Positions 25,863-39,435 are shown, numbered from the stretch's first letter. The stretch is DNA of 64,000 bases from Macrostomum lignano (GCA_002269645.1 NIVC01002013.1:124001-188000), one strand, 5' to 3'. Translations and numbers: made by a program. The notes: a model not told the origin generated them from the sequence alone.

Positions 25863-27066
25863 GCCTTAATTTTTTTTTTTCAAATAGTTTCATTCCTTAA
25901 CAGTGCTAAAAAGCATGTCGGTTAAAAGTTACTTAAATGCGGCTCTTTTAAAAAGAAATTTCTGTGTGGCTTCTAACGCCTACTCTGAGTTGAGGCCATG
26001 TGAACTCCTAAGAAGACAAGTACGAGTAGATAGAGGAAGATAGAGGCTTCGATCAATACAACAGCCTGTCTATTAAAAAGTCTATTTTTTCTATTTTTCA
26101 TACCTGGCAGTTCTCTTTTTCACTCCCACTATTTGCTGAGCTATAGAGGCTGTATAAAAGAGTTGTGTGCGAAAAGACCTTAGGAATAAATGCCTTATAC
26201 TGCTATATATATATACGCTACTCCAAGTCCGCTCCGTGTTTTTGCCTAACACCCCACAACTTAGTTACATTTACAGCATTCTCTCACCCTCTCAGAGGTG
26301 TGTTTACCCACACCTCTCCTCCACTGCTTGCGCGACTCCGTGATGCAGATGATTGACTGACACGATCGGGAGCTGGGAGACTGGCAGACCCTTGTCTGTC
26401 TCATCCAGCAGTGCATCTTGAAATATGGAATTTTCTCAGTAACCAAATCAAAAACTTCAGAACCAGATTCACTGATTCATATAAGAAAGCGCTAGAAAAA
26501 AGTTAATTTTGCACTTCAGACTCTAAGCAATAGCAAATCGTTGTGGCTTGTTTTCAAATAAAATGACCCGTGATTTTCGCCCGTGTTCATTCATTATTAT
26601 CGACCATTTTTGTGTACCTCCGTTAGTCAATTGGCCATAGAGAGAACCTATAGCGCAAACTATGGGCCAGAGGAGGGCAGAGAGGAGAGAATAAAGGAGA
26701 AGGAGAGAGGAGAGGAAAGGAAAAGAGAGGAGAAAAGAGAGGACAGGAAAGATTAGAGATTGAAGAGAGTTGACAACATATTTAGAGACACAAACCTTGA
26801 GCGGGCCTGATTTGGCCTACCCCTGAATAAGCTAATTAATAAGCTTTCCTAAACCAAAGTCTTATCCAAGAGGCCTCAATTAACCGGGAGTATCGCAGCA
26901 ACTTCTGCACGTTCAGTTTCAATGTTGCGATTGCGTAGAAAATTTTTATTTGGAAACATATAAACATCAGAGTCGAATGGTGCAGGTAAATTTCTCGAGT
27001 TTTAACAAGTACTGGGACAACAGGAAGACGATCGTGTAGAGGTGGCCTCGCTGAGGAGCTCTGGCA

Positions 27067-27867
27067 CTACATCAGCACTCTGTCTTCTGTGCCGCCAGCT
27101 GATGAAGAAGCGACGCCATTCTTTGGCAGCATCGCCGAGGTGACTTCCGCTCCGGTGCCGAAGTCTTCAAAATCGTCAATAATATCGCCATCGTCCTCTG
27201 GAACGGCGAGTGTCGCAAAGACTAAGTCCGGGGGCGTCTGAGGTGGAGTCAGGGGCGGCGGTGGTGCCAATGGCATTGGAGGCGGAGGCAGCGGAGGTTG
27301 CGTTGGCGGCGGCGCATTCAGCAAAGACGAGTCCTCCACTGCTGCACCGGAAGCAATGGATGCGGCTGCTGCTGCTGCTGCTGCAACGGAGGCGTTGCGT
27401 CGAGCTCGCGACCTCGCCCGAAGATGGCAGACCGTCATGCCGAGCGCCATCAGCGCCATCAGGACTGCCAGAATCGCGGCTGTCCTCAGCCCGTCCCAGG
27501 GGTCATAGTCTAGCCGTTCAATTCGTGACTTGACCCCGTCGTTGCGATAATATTTGTACAGCTCGTCGAACGAGATCAATCGGCGATCTTTGAAAGCCTG
27601 CTGGAGGCGACTCGGCGAGACAGACCGACCAAGGCTGCCTTCTTCGGTACGATTGTTGGCGGAGGCATTGGCGACCACTGCGGGAACCATCGGGAGCATT
27701 GACTGTGCAGATCTGCTTTCTATCATCCCCCGAGAGCAGCTGCGGTCAGTGGCGGTCGGGCTCTGTATGCCTAAATGAACTCTCATTTTTACCCCCCCCC
27801 CTCCAGCAGGGATAGCCAATCGGGAATCGAGGGGAGCAGAGAGGCCTACAGCTGGGCGCGGCTCCAT
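27067..27867 (-). CDS. Unknown single-pass membrane protein with Ala-, Pro- and acidic-rich tail, 266 aa
   Basis: GC-rich ORF. One hydrophobic segment (TAAILAVLMALMALGMTVCHL) is followed by basic residues RARSRARR. Confidence 0.65.
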   Translation of the reverse strand: MEPRPAVGLSAPLDSRLAIPAGGGGVKMRVHLGIQSPTATDRSCSRGMIESRSAQSMLPMVPAVVANASANNRTEEGSLGRSVSPSRLQQAFKDRRLISFDELYKYYRNDGVKSRIERLDYDPWDGLRTAAILAVLMALMALGMTVCHLRARSRARRNASVAAAAAAAASIASGAAVEDSSLLNAPPPTQPPLPPPPMPLAPPPPLTPPQTPPDLVFATLAVPEDDGDIIDDFEDFGTGAEVTSAMLPKNGVASSSAGGTEDRVLM

Positions 27868-28476
27868 GGACCTTATTTATCTAGGTCTTTGCGCTGCTTT
27901 TGCTAGAGTCAAGTTTCCTAATTTTCCTCGAGAAGGACAGTACACATGGCTCTCAACAAAGCAGGGAAGAGGGAAAACTGACCCTGTTGCCATAGCGTTG
28001 GGATCTGGGATGCTGCAGCGAGATTGGGATGCATTTTCATTCGAAGAATAGCTATAGGTACAACCTGTATCTTCCCTCGGATAGTCTATTGGAGAGCAGA
28101 TCTTTGAGTGGGGGGGGACAAAATGTCACGTGAGAGCTCACCTCACGCGAATCGCTTGGGGGCAAATCCCCTATGCCAGGGCTCGAGCACTTGAGTTGGG
28201 GATTCCTGTTTTGTAGGATAGAAATTTGCTCGCCCCCTCTCGATTCTACTGATGAGGCCAACGATTGCGTTGGAAAGGGCCACCCAGGGACTTGAGGCGG
28301 GGCTCATATGCTCATATTAAGTACATGAGCATTGGCGAACTAAGACATTTTTGATTTTCTGCGTGAAACAAACTTGAAGTGCTTCTCGGATATTCATCAA
28401 CTACAGAGCTGGCTTGCAGCCTTAAAGCCAGAAAAGGCATTGCCTTGCTAGAATAACTATCTAGAAACATCCCATA

Positions 28477-29650
28477 GTGACAGAGTGACATGGTGACAGA
28501 GTGACATGGTGACAAAGTGACATGGTGACAGAGTGACATGGTGACAGAGTGACATGGTGACAGAGTGACATGGTGACAGAGTGACATGGTGACAGAGTGA
28601 CATGGTGACAGAGTGACATGGTGACAGAGTGACATGGTGACAGAGTGACATGGTGACAGAGTGACATGGTGACAGAGTGACATGGTGACAGAGTGACATG
28701 GTGACAGAGTGACATGGTGACAGAGTGACATGGTGACAGAGTGACATGGTGACAGAGTGACATGGTGACAGAGTGACATGGTGACAGAGTGACATGGTGA
28801 CAGAGTGACATGGTGACAGAGTGACATGGTGACAGAGTGACATGGTGACAGAGTGACATGGTGACAGAGTGACATGGTGACAGAGTGACATGGTGACAGA
28901 GTGACATGGTGACAGAGTGACATGGTGACAGAGTGACATGGTGACAGAGTGACATGGTGACAGAGTGACATGGTGACAGAGTGACATGGTGACAGAGTGA
29001 CATGGTGACAGAGTGACATGGTGACAGAGTGACATGGTGACAGAGTGACATGGTGACAGAGTGACATGGTGACAGAGTGACATGGTGACAGAGTGACATG
29101 GTGACAGAGTGACATGGTGACAGAGTGACATGGTGACAGAGTGACATGGTGACAGAGTGACATGGTGACAGAGTGACATGGTGACAGAGTGACATGGTGA
29201 CATGGTGACAGAGTGACATGGTGACAGAGTGACATGGTGACAGAGTGACATGGTGACAGAGTGACATGGTGACAGAGTGACATGGTGACAGAGTGACATG
29301 GTGACAGAGTGACATGGTGACAGAGTGACATGGTGACAGAGTGACATGGTGACAGAGTGACATGGTGACAGAGTGACATGGTGACAGAGTGACATGGTGA
29401 CAGAGTGATATGGTGACAGAGTGACATGGTGACAGAGTGACATGGTGACAGGGTGACATGGTGACAGAGTGACATGGTGACAGAGTGACATGGTGACAGA
29501 GTGACATGGTGACAGAGTGACATGGTAACAGAGTGATATTGTGACAGAGTGATATGGTGACAGAGTAACAACGGACAGAGTGACGGTGGACAGAGTGACA
29601 TGGTGACAGAGTGACAATGGACAGAGTGACGGTGGGCAGAGTGACATGGA
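28477..29650. repeat. 16-bp minisatellite (GTGACAGAGTGACATG)n, a dimer of two 8-mers
   Basis: Near-perfect tandem repeat of about 1.2 kb. Confidence 0.97.
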
Positions 29651-32435
29651 GACATGCGCATTCTAATGTAAGACGCCTGTGAAATTTGAAATTTTTAGGG
29701 AATAAAGGGAATAATGAGAAAGAATATTTTAACCAAACTATTAAGTCCACTCGTGCATGCCCTCAATGCAGGTGACGCTACTTAAATACGAAAATACGCA
29801 AAATACTAATAAATATTAATCTGAACGTGTGTCTAGATCTCCAGACCTTAAGGGAATATGCACTACCTGGAATAGTGCATTATTCAATTATTCTTTTTGG
29901 CTTGTATATTATAGATAATACGAGTATATAGTATAGCTACTCGTATTTATGGTTCGTATATTCATAAGTCCGCGGGCCCAGCCCAGTTGCTAGGGTTCAC
30001 CCAAGCGGAGCAGGGCTAGAAGGATTCCCTCCACCATGCAGCCTCAGGCGCATGCCTGACTGACTGCATGACGTGGCGTGAGGCCCGCCAATATAAAAGT
30101 GGGGCATTGAAAATCGCCACAATGCCAAATATTTTTTTAGAATAAGCCGCTGAGAAGCATCTTTGTGAGTCTGGGTCACGTTATCTACATCTTTGATGCG
30201 GAAATCTGTTGGAACTTTTAAAGAAAGTAAAGCTATTGTGTCGCGAGCTATTGTTGATAAAGGTAGTATTATCGCATCGTTCACTGTGCTCACTCAGTGT
30301 GATTCACTACATAGAGAGTGACTCATTCAGCGTGATTCACTATATGTAAGACTCTGTGTGAGACTCAGTTAGTGTGATTTTTCGTGTGTGATCCATCAGA
30401 GTGACTCATCGTGTGTGTGGTTCACTCGGTGTGTGTTTATTAGGATGCAATCTACTCACTCACTCATTCACTCATAGTGTGACTCTCACTCAGCAAGATT
30501 GCAGCCCGGACAGCATCCCACGGCTCATCCAGTTCCTTCGGGTGACAAGACGAGCCATTGTCTTCCCCACGGAAGATCACGCTGCAGGACGGACCGGCGG
30601 ACCACCCTGACCGGCCCCCATGCCTCTGCCTGTCTGCTGGCCTTCAGGGGCCGGCGGAATGGGCGACCCTCGCCTCCCCGCTGTGTCTACCGACCACCCT
30701 GCAGCTGAGTCAAGTAAGTCAGCAAGATTGACTGTGCGTGGCTCACTTAAGAAGCGCAACTTATTCTTTGTCAAATTGAGTTGCCCCTGGCCCTGTTTCA
30801 CTCAATGTGACTCACAGAGAATGGTTAGTGAATTGATAAACGTCACGTGATTGCCATACTTCAGACCAGAAGTTCATTATAATGCCTCCAGAAATTCAGG
30901 AAGCTCCCTGTGTTCCTTTCTCTTATTTTCTTCTGGCAGGCACAGCAGACATGAGGGAAAACTGCCTGCAGGCTATGTGGACAAGAAATGAAAATTTGTT
31001 GGCAATCAGAGATTGGCCCCCGAGGGGAAATGGCTCTCTGCTATCGCTAATGAGGCTGCAGCAGACTTTAGCATCTCAATTTTTCAAGCTAGTATGAATT
31101 CATCATTCAATATTCTGTATTATTTCTACAATAGTTTGATAACAAATACAGTTTACCAAATCTTTGTAGAATTCTCCGGTAGGCTAATCTCTATAAACTT
31201 ACAGAAGCCGATCAAACAAGGTTTGTCAATCTTCAGCCTTTACTCTACGGAAATTCAAACTCAAAGGCAAACCGCCTCACACTCGAAAGCTCACTACAAA
31301 CGATTTTAGGCCCATAATTGAGTGTAAAAGAATTAAACTAATAGACAATTATAGATAACTGACCTCAGTTCACGCAGTCTCTCCCTTCACAAAGCACTCA
31401 GATCGATGAATATATTATGAAAGCCAAAAAAGAAAGCTCATTGACCTAAAAAGAAAAACGAGGGAAGCGAAACAGGCTATGATTCTAGAGATATGTATTT
31501 TGAGCAGAAGTGCAACTTCGATCGTTCTGCGATGAAGATCTTTATCGGTACCAACTGTTACACATACTTGCAGTCTTCGGATGAGAATATACGATCGATA
31601 TTGACGTATTTTGTTTATCATCAGGCTATTAAAGCATTACCACCTGTGTACAGGTACATCTCTAGCCATGTAAAATGGCTTGAGCTATAAGTGCTGCATG
31701 GAGCCAAATGCACTTATATCCAACATCTATGCATGCATTGCAAAGATCGAAACAGCCAAGCTTTTATAGACACACGTCACACAATATTGCGTGTAGTTGC
31801 AGAACCTCACTCAAAACTGCAGTACAGCAAGTTATTCTACATCCTTTTAGTTCCCTTTACCCAGACTCTCGGCCCATTAGCAGCAGCTGTGGCGCTGAAC
31901 TCATCTTTTAACCGGACTCACGCGATTACGATCAATAAAAGGTAAACAGAAATTATGCTTCCTGCACGCGATGGTTATATTAAGTGATGGGTACAGATGC
32001 ATATATATGACGTACACTAATATCATCCACTTTAATTTAACTCCGCGTGTATATATTTCTTAATTAATTTTCCCAACTCGCTCATTCTAAACACAATTAA
32101 TTGACATGTACTTAAAAAAACTACTTACAGAACTCATGTATTGTAATTATTATTAATTTGTAAATCATGCTTCTGGCCTATATATACTCGTAAGGTCAAA
32201 GCTGCACATGTTTGTAAAGTTATATTATACTTCGATAACTTATAGGTGTAAGCATATAGCACGACTCCCGCCTCTCTACAAGAATGTTACGAGTACAAAC
32301 CAAAGGATCACTGCACTAGGGCATACATAATTACATTAATAGATCATCCATTACGTACTTGCCCTCATCCAGTGTAAAAGTGCGCTGTTGCTGTCACTTC
32401 AGGAGAGGACAATCACACATACATGTAAGTATAAG

Positions 32436-32795
32436 CAGGCGCGTCGCCACCGGGGGGACAGGGGGGACATGTTCCCCCCTGTAAAAACTATGGGGGACAT
32501 GCCAATGCTTTGTCCCCCCACCCCATCTTGTGACTCGTTGTGCTAATCAATAATTTTTCTTCAGGGCGCCAAAATATAGCGCTTTCGGCGCCAAAATGAG
32601 TGCCTGCGTCGCTAAAATGAGTGCCTGCGTCGCTATAAAAGGAATGCCTGCGGTGCCAAAGTGAGTGATTGCGGCGCCAAAATGAGCGCTGACAAACACG
32701 ATTCTCAAAATAATGGAAATGTAAAAAATTTAGTCATGTACATGTTGAATTCTTGGCTTTGTCCCCCCACCATAAAATCCATGGCGACGCCCCTG
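32436..32795. mobile_element. hAT-like MITE, 360 bp
   Basis: TIR CAGG(C/G)GCGTCGCCA (14 bp, 1 mismatch). 8-bp TSD AGTATAAG at 32428-32435 and 32796-32803. Confidence 0.88.
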
Positions 32796-33465
32796 AGTAT
32801 AAGTCTTCAGGCCCCAGGCTTCAGGCACGTACTGATCCCGCGGAAAGGCCGGGATAGGGCGATAGCTACTTGAATAGGACGAAACGACGGCGCTTCGTCG
32901 ACAGCTTGCTGGGTGATGCCCAGCAGCGCCCAAACTCTTGTTAAGCACTTAAACAGTAAGCCTTAAAAAAATAGTACTTTCAGCTCTTATAACCCTTTTA
33001 GATGTTTTAAGGTCTTATTCAGAGTGTTTAACGATTGTTTAACAATGTCTATTTTGGCGCAAATTTGAATATAACGAAGGAGGCCAAGAAATTTTTCCAA
33101 ATACATGCCCTATTATATATTGGCTAAACAGGCTAATTGCCTGAGCCAAATTCTTACTACTACTGAAACCTCAAGCCAGCACAATCATCATGGCTCTAGC
33201 CTCTTTGTGGCAAGGCAAATTAAGAGAAGGCCTAGACAAGAGTAAGGCAAAGCCCACATGAAAATATGTCTATTAGGCCTACTAATATTAATACTACTAC
33301 TAGGCCTAACTATTACTATTACTTATATCCTTATTTATTGGGCAAATATTTATTTTCTGGACCTAATTAATAATGGCAGGTAATATTAATAAATTCAGGC
33401 AAACGCATAGCATATCGTATATATTATTTATTAGGCTAGGCCTAATTGTATTGTAGGGTAGGGCC

Positions 33466-34953
33466 CTGGGTTTTTTTGCCAGAGACAAGGTGCGAAATCG
33501 CACCTTGTGCCAAATTTTAAGGTGCGATTTTAAGGCTCAGAGTGCAATTTCTCTTGAGTCTTATTTCAGACAACTGGGAATGTATATTTTAATATCTTAG
33601 ATAAGGCTATAGTATAGCCATAGGCTATATGGCATTCCTTCGGTTTACGATCATTTTTCCACCCACATTTCGGTTCACGATCCCCATGTAATTTTTCATA
33701 TAAATGATCATAGCTTGCTTGAAATAAACAAAAATTGTTAAACTGAGCTTATTCGTTACATTAGAAAGAACTGAACAGAATAGCCGACAAATGGTTTCTT
33801 CAATGGCATTGTGATGACGAGGATCCTATATATCCACTTCGGTTCACGATCATTTACATGTATTTCTTCAATTTAAATGATCGTGAACTGAAGCTAAGGG
33901 GGGTGTCGAAGACATATGTAGTCATATATTTATTTGTTGGCTTGTTGGCAATTGAAATGTCATCTTGAGTTAACGTGCGCTCCCAAGTAACTTGATGCTT
34001 TATTATTCTCTGCACGCTGCCACCCCCCTCAGCTTCAGTTTATGATCATTTACATGTATTTCTTCAATTTAAATGATCGTGAACCGAAGCTAAGGGGGGG
34101 GGTGTCGAAGACATATGTAGTCATATATTTATCAAGGACTACTTAAGAACACAGGACGTTACACTTGCAAATATTGGCAGAATTCTAAAAGGCCGCTTTG
34201 AATGCATGTGTCTATGGTTTTAGTGGCCTTTTTGCTTAGTTATTATTATTATTGCTTTATTATTCTCTGCACGCTGCCACCCCCCCTCAGCTTCGGTTTA
34301 CAATCATTTACATGTATTTTTGCCATTTAAATGATCGTAAACCGAAGTGGATATATAGGATCGTCTTCATGGAACAGTTCTGAGACGTGAAATGGTACAC
34401 TAAAACCCCCTACCTTCGGTTCACGATCATTTACATGTATTTCTGCCATTTAAATGATCGTAAACCGAAGTGGATATATAGGATCCTCTGCATGGAACAG
34501 TTCTGAAATGAGTTCTATAATGAGCAACTCTTTCAATTTGATGAATGTATGCGAATGAACAGATCTCTTTGCATCGTTTCATTCTGGTTGGCATTCAATT
34601 GTTTGACAACAGAAAAATAAGAAGGCTTGGAGTGATTTCAGTGCTGGTTTAAAAAATGATTAAAAACACGAATTTCTTACTCTTGCATATCTTTCTTATG
34701 GGGATCGTCACCAATTTCAGGGATCGTAAACCGAAGGAATGCCGGCTATATCGCCTATATGACTTAATAGGATTTAAAGAGTTATTTTGTTTCATATTTT
34801 AAGGCAGTGCATGAAAAATAGCTTAAGCATGGTTAAGCCTTTAAAGAAAAATGGTTATAAGACTGCACCTAAACCGCAACTACTTTTTTAATTTCAGGGT
34901 GCAATTTTAAAATTCAGGGTGCATATGCACACTCTGCGCACAAAAAAACCCTG
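33466..34953. mobile_element. hAT-like non-autonomous element, host of a nested insertion
   Basis: Termini C(T/A)GGGTTTTTTTG. 8-bp TSD GTAGGGCC at 33458-33465 and 34954-34961. GGTGC-rich subterminal repeats. Confidence 0.82.
33631..34743. mobile_element. Nested Merlin-like (GG-terminal) non-autonomous element
   Basis: Perfect 22-bp TIR GGCATTCCTTCGGTTTACGATC. 8-bp TSD GGCTATAT at 33623-33630 and 34744-34751. Several internal copies of TTCGGTTCACGATCATTTACATG. The superfamily call is an inference. Confidence 0.85.
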
Positions 34954-36464
34954 GTAGGGCCTATTGCATACATAAAGATAAAATTGTATTGCACCCTTTG
35001 CCTTTGACTTTGGCTTGGTCTAGAACATTTGTAATGGCCTAGGCCAATGCCTAGGCTAAATAAATATTGCTAGGCCTCCCTATGCTAAAAAATTATCATT
35101 ATCATCAGACATCCAAATATAGTTTCATAGACATAATCTAGTTTTATTTTTTGATACACATAGTATATTTTGCAGCTATCTTTTTAATGTTTTAGGCTTA
35201 GTGCTTAGGCCCAGGGGGTTGACAGCTATTTTATCTGCTATAAAAGTACAATTGTTGCCAGTTTGTCTAAACTACTTTTGTTTGCTAAAATACAATAAGT
35301 AATAATGATATAATATAGTCATTTTTTGCTATAAAATATTAAGTGACATTGTTATTGATATAAGGCCTAGTATTAATATGTTTATAATAATATAAGGCCA
35401 ACTGTTCCTCTGGAGGAGAAAGGAGAAGAACTTCCATCACCAGAATTCCATTCTCTGAAATTAATCAGCTGAATCCCATGACCCAAATCCCATCATCCAA
35501 CTTTTCTTCAAATTCATCAAAATCCTCTCCATGAAACTAAACACCATCAAAATCCTTTATGCAAAATAGAAATCCTCTCCATGAAACTGAAGAATATCAA
35601 AATCCTCTCCACAAAACTAGACTCAATCAAAATTTTCTCTGTCAAAAAGAATCAACTCTCAGGATTCATTTGTTAGGTTTAGGGTTAGGATTAAGGTTGG
35701 AGCTGCATAGAGCTGCATGTTAAAAGGGCCCAATAAAAATTGAGCTAATTGAATCAATAGATTGAGCAATTTAATTCTTAGTCAGTCAGTATCAGTCTCA
35801 GTTAAAGTTTACAAAAAGATTGTGCAATCTAAATCAACCCTCTATTACATAACACCAACCCCCTTCCAATACGCAGTGGCAGATAGAAATTGAAACCCTG
35901 CCTAACTACTAGGAGGTTGGTTGAATGCCATTGAACCCCAAAATGAGTATAATCTGCAATAACATTAAAAGTATGGAAATTTTTTGTTGGATACTGTGCT
36001 TTTGGTTTTCATATTTTAAGTAAACAACTTATATCCTCAAACTCAGTGTTGCAAGATCTTTTCACCAATATAAGTCTCTTTTCTCAAATTATATAAATAA
36101 AAGAGTAGTTAGTGTTTGAAATTTCCCTATTTTTATCATTTTAATATTGAGTGTATATGCTCTGCTTACTAAAGAGGCTCAAAAGTTGATGCATTGAATT
36201 TCAATGTCCAACAACTACACAGGGCTGCCTATTGAAAGGAAAAGTAAATAAATAGTAGCCATATCATTGCGCAATTATCTATACAGTCAGCTAGTGAGCC
36301 AGGGTTCAATTCATCAAAATAGCCTATTTGTTGCATACAAAAATTCTGCATTGATATATATAAGTCCTGCATTTGAGTTGCTAGCCATCTAGGAAGAGAT
36401 ATGCATTAAACCTGGTTGATTGATTGATGATCAGTCTAAGAATTTTAAAAGTAGCATCTAATCT

Positions 36465-36852
36465 GACCTATATAACTTTTACCGACATATTTTTAGACAC
36501 CTTGTCCAACACTTTTTTATGACACTTAAAATGTTGCAAAAAGTGTTAGAAAAAGGTGTCGTAACAATTAACTTTGCCAACATATCTTCTGACACTTTTT
36601 ACAACACTTGAAATGTCATACATGTCTAAAAATGTGTCCGTAAAGGTTTATTAATTGTTATGAAATTTTTGCTGACCCATCTTTTAGCATTTTCTATGAC
36701 ATTTTAAATGTCATAAAAATGTCAAAAGATGTTTTGGCAAAAGTTAATTATTCTAACACTTTTTCTAATATTTTGCAACATTTTATCTTTGAGTGTTATA
36801 AAAAAAGTATCAAAAGATGTGTTTGAATATGTTGGCAAAAGTAATATAGGCC
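36465..36852. mobile_element. Palindromic AT-rich MITE-like element
   Basis: GACCTATATAACTTTTACCGACATAT versus reverse complement GGCCTATATTACTTTTGCCAACATAT, with further internal inverted symmetry. No clear TSD. Confidence 0.6.
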
Positions 36853-37467
36853 ATTATCTGTAGTCTAGCTATTTATTAAGCTATTATAGCAAAAGATAGC
36901 AATTGATAGGATTTTATGGACTAATATAGCAACTTGTTTCTATAATCAATGCTAGAATTGTGATATAGCCCATATGGCCTTGGCCTATATATAGAACTTG
37001 GTAATGCAAAAGTGCTTCTATAAAAATTCATTGAAACCAATTTTTTCTATAAATAAATATGACTTATAGTAAATAGCAATGATTAATATTGTTAGCAATC
37101 AATTCCTTAGCTCATAAAGCTGAGTTCTACCACTTTTGGTTGATACTAATAAACTGATACTAGACATTGGCATTGGCAATTGTAAACTGAAGGTAGCTAG
37201 CTACATTGCCTTAGTTGGTAATAGTAGAAAATAGTAAATTCAGGATAGTCTACCAAACAATGTTAGACAAAGCTAAACTTAGTCTTAGATAAGCCTTCTT
37301 AACTAGAGGCAAGAAAGGTAAGCCTGGAAGTAATTTCCTTTTTATTTTAGGAGGGATAATTTTTAATTCTAAATACCATACTAGTATGGATAATAAGATA
37401 AATGTGCCATATGCCTATAGTCCTAGTAATCTATATATGAATTTTTGTTAACTAGAATATATATATA

Positions 37468-38469
37468 TTGGGTCAAACAGAAAGTTCTCACATTTTGTAG
37501 AGCCTTCCCCATGAAACAAAGTTTTTTAAAACAGGGAGGCACATCAATCCAAGATATAATTGTCATTATTATCAATCACTTTTTGTCAGCAAGTGATCAT
37601 CAAAGCCATGTGTGGCCACACATTGTCATCGGGGAATTGGATGGGGCCATGGTTAGGATGCTTATATTTGATATTGCAGCCAGTCTGTCCAGTTGTTGAT
37701 AGTAGACAGTTGCATTAACACTCTGACCTGGGTTGAGCAGTCCCTAGTACAGCACACCTTGGCTGTCCCATCAGATGCACAGCAGGACCTTGCGGGGGTA
37801 GAGATCAGTCTTTGGCTGGGGCTAGGTGGTGCTGCTTTTGTCAACCCACAATTGGTGGCGGCGCTTGTTGAACAATAGACACCACTTCTCATCACTCGTA
37901 ACAATCGACTTCAGCTAGGCTGTTGTGCATCGGTAGGACAGCAAAGTTGTTAAGGCACTGGATTGGCACTGGTAGTCAAAGGGAGTCAGATCGTGGGTAC
38001 CCATTGGTTAATCTTGTATACCTTGCTAAGTGCATGTAGATGATTGACGACTGCTTGGTGTGATACTCCCAGTTCTTCTGCTAAGTTATAGGCAGTTAGG
38101 TGAGGATCATCCTATAGTAGCTGGAGGATGCAGTCGTCTTCAATGGTTGTGAGTCAACTGGATTGGGGCTGATTTTCAAGGCCCCCATTTCCAGATTGGA
38201 ATCATTTAAACCAATATCGGGCCATGAATTCGGACACAGTCCCATGGCCGAATGTGTCACATAAGCGGCGACTCAATTCAGCAGCGTTGAGACCCACTGT
38301 AAAGTCGTAAAGAAGACAGTCGGATTTGGGGCTTGGATAGAGACATGTAGCATAGTATTGTAGCACTGTAGCTGAAACTTGAGTTTGGGTTGCTCTGCGT
38401 CAGTCAATGGACTTTTTATATCCCTGCACAAAAAACCTGGAAGCTTCCAGAAATTTCTGTTTAACCCAA
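37468..38469 (-). mobile_element. Decayed, internally deleted mariner element; transposase pseudogene about 37590-38346
   Basis: TIRs TTGGGT(C/T)AAACAGAAA flanked by TA. Minus-strand remnants WVP-HDLT (frameshifted), IVTSDEKW, KVLLCI*WDSQGV and DNVWPH, with many stops. Confidence 0.9.
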
Positions 38470-38879
38470 TAGAACTTTGCTTTTTAAAGTATATAAGAAA
38501 TGATTTGTCTTAGCTCCCTAGAAAAAAATATAGTCATTCAATAATTCCAATCTTATTGGAATAAGTAACATTTGGTAGACATCATCTAGTATGCCTAGGA
38601 AAGTTGGTCTAGCTATGTATATGCACATGCATGGATGTATATCTATGATATAGAAATATCTGTGCATAGTGCTAGGGCAAAAGTGAATGTCACAAGCCTT
38701 GAGTGGGCTGAACGCTGAATTGCTGTTGTGAAGTTTCAAAAGACCCGAGGGCGGGATAGAGTGGCTTTGCAGGCTTAAGTTTTTCGACCCGAAAATTTGC
38801 AATACAAAAAGGGACGTAACTCGACTAACAATTGATGCTTATAATAAACTAATCTAATAGCTCAAAATCATCATTGAGC

Positions 38880-39350
38880 ATGTTGGCAATTTCCAGTCGT
38901 CAAGGCCAACTAATTGGCCGATTTTTGTCTAGAAATGCGACAACTGCTCGCCACCTAGCTAGCGTGCCTAGTGCCAGTTTCAATGGCACCAATGGAAGCA
39001 GTCAGAGTCGAGGTCCTCAATGGGCTTCGAAAGTGGCACTTGTTAGCGGTGGATTCTTAGCTGGCTGCTGTCTGACAGTCTGGCAGTTGAGACGTCAGCG
39101 CAGCTTCAGCGAGGCTGCAGGCAGTGGCGTGGCTTTGGCTGCCAGCGCTAACAGGCCGACCCCGCCAACTAGCGTCAACCACATCGCCGATCTGGTGGAG
39201 CTGGTGTCTCCCACGGCAGTTAACATCCGGGTAGAGGGCAGCACGGCGCTGCACTCAATGCTTGGCATGCCCAGCTCGCAGGGCTCCGGGTTTATTATAC
39301 GCGAGGATGGCCTTATTTTAACTAATGCTCACGTGGCTGGAAGGTTTAAG
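38880..39350 (+). CDS. HTRA2: HtrA2/Omi mitochondrial serine protease, exon 1
   Basis: Arg/Ser/Ala-rich presequence, a TM segment, then QGSGFIIREDGLILTNAHV (catalytic His). GTGAGA donor. Confidence 0.92.
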
Positions 39351-39435
39351 GTGAGAACGGAGTAACCTGCTGTTGCTTGTTGGTTGGTTACCTGTGAATC
39401 TGTTATTCAAAGTCTAGGTGAAATCTCTGTGTATG

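Noticed and set aside
29854-29947. Two AT-rich hairpins as a possible Helitron end
   Set aside because: The stems are AT-rich, and no matching 5' TC end or Rep/helicase remnant was seen.
30490-30720. GC-rich exon-like patch
   Set aside because: No frame on either strand gave a recognisable, phase-consistent exon.
32860-32905. Hammerhead ribozyme (GGACGAAAC); also CTGATGAG at about 10784, 28249 and 57927
   Set aside because: None has CUGAUGA, stem II, GAAA and a UH cleavage triplet together.
35675-35700. Interstitial telomeric TTAGGG (also near 51926)
   Set aside because: Only 1-2 units, within chance or transposon content.
39110-39170. IAP-binding AVPS-type motif after the HTRA2 TM segment
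   Set aside because: No canonical motif is visible, and the processing site cannot be fixed from sequence alone.
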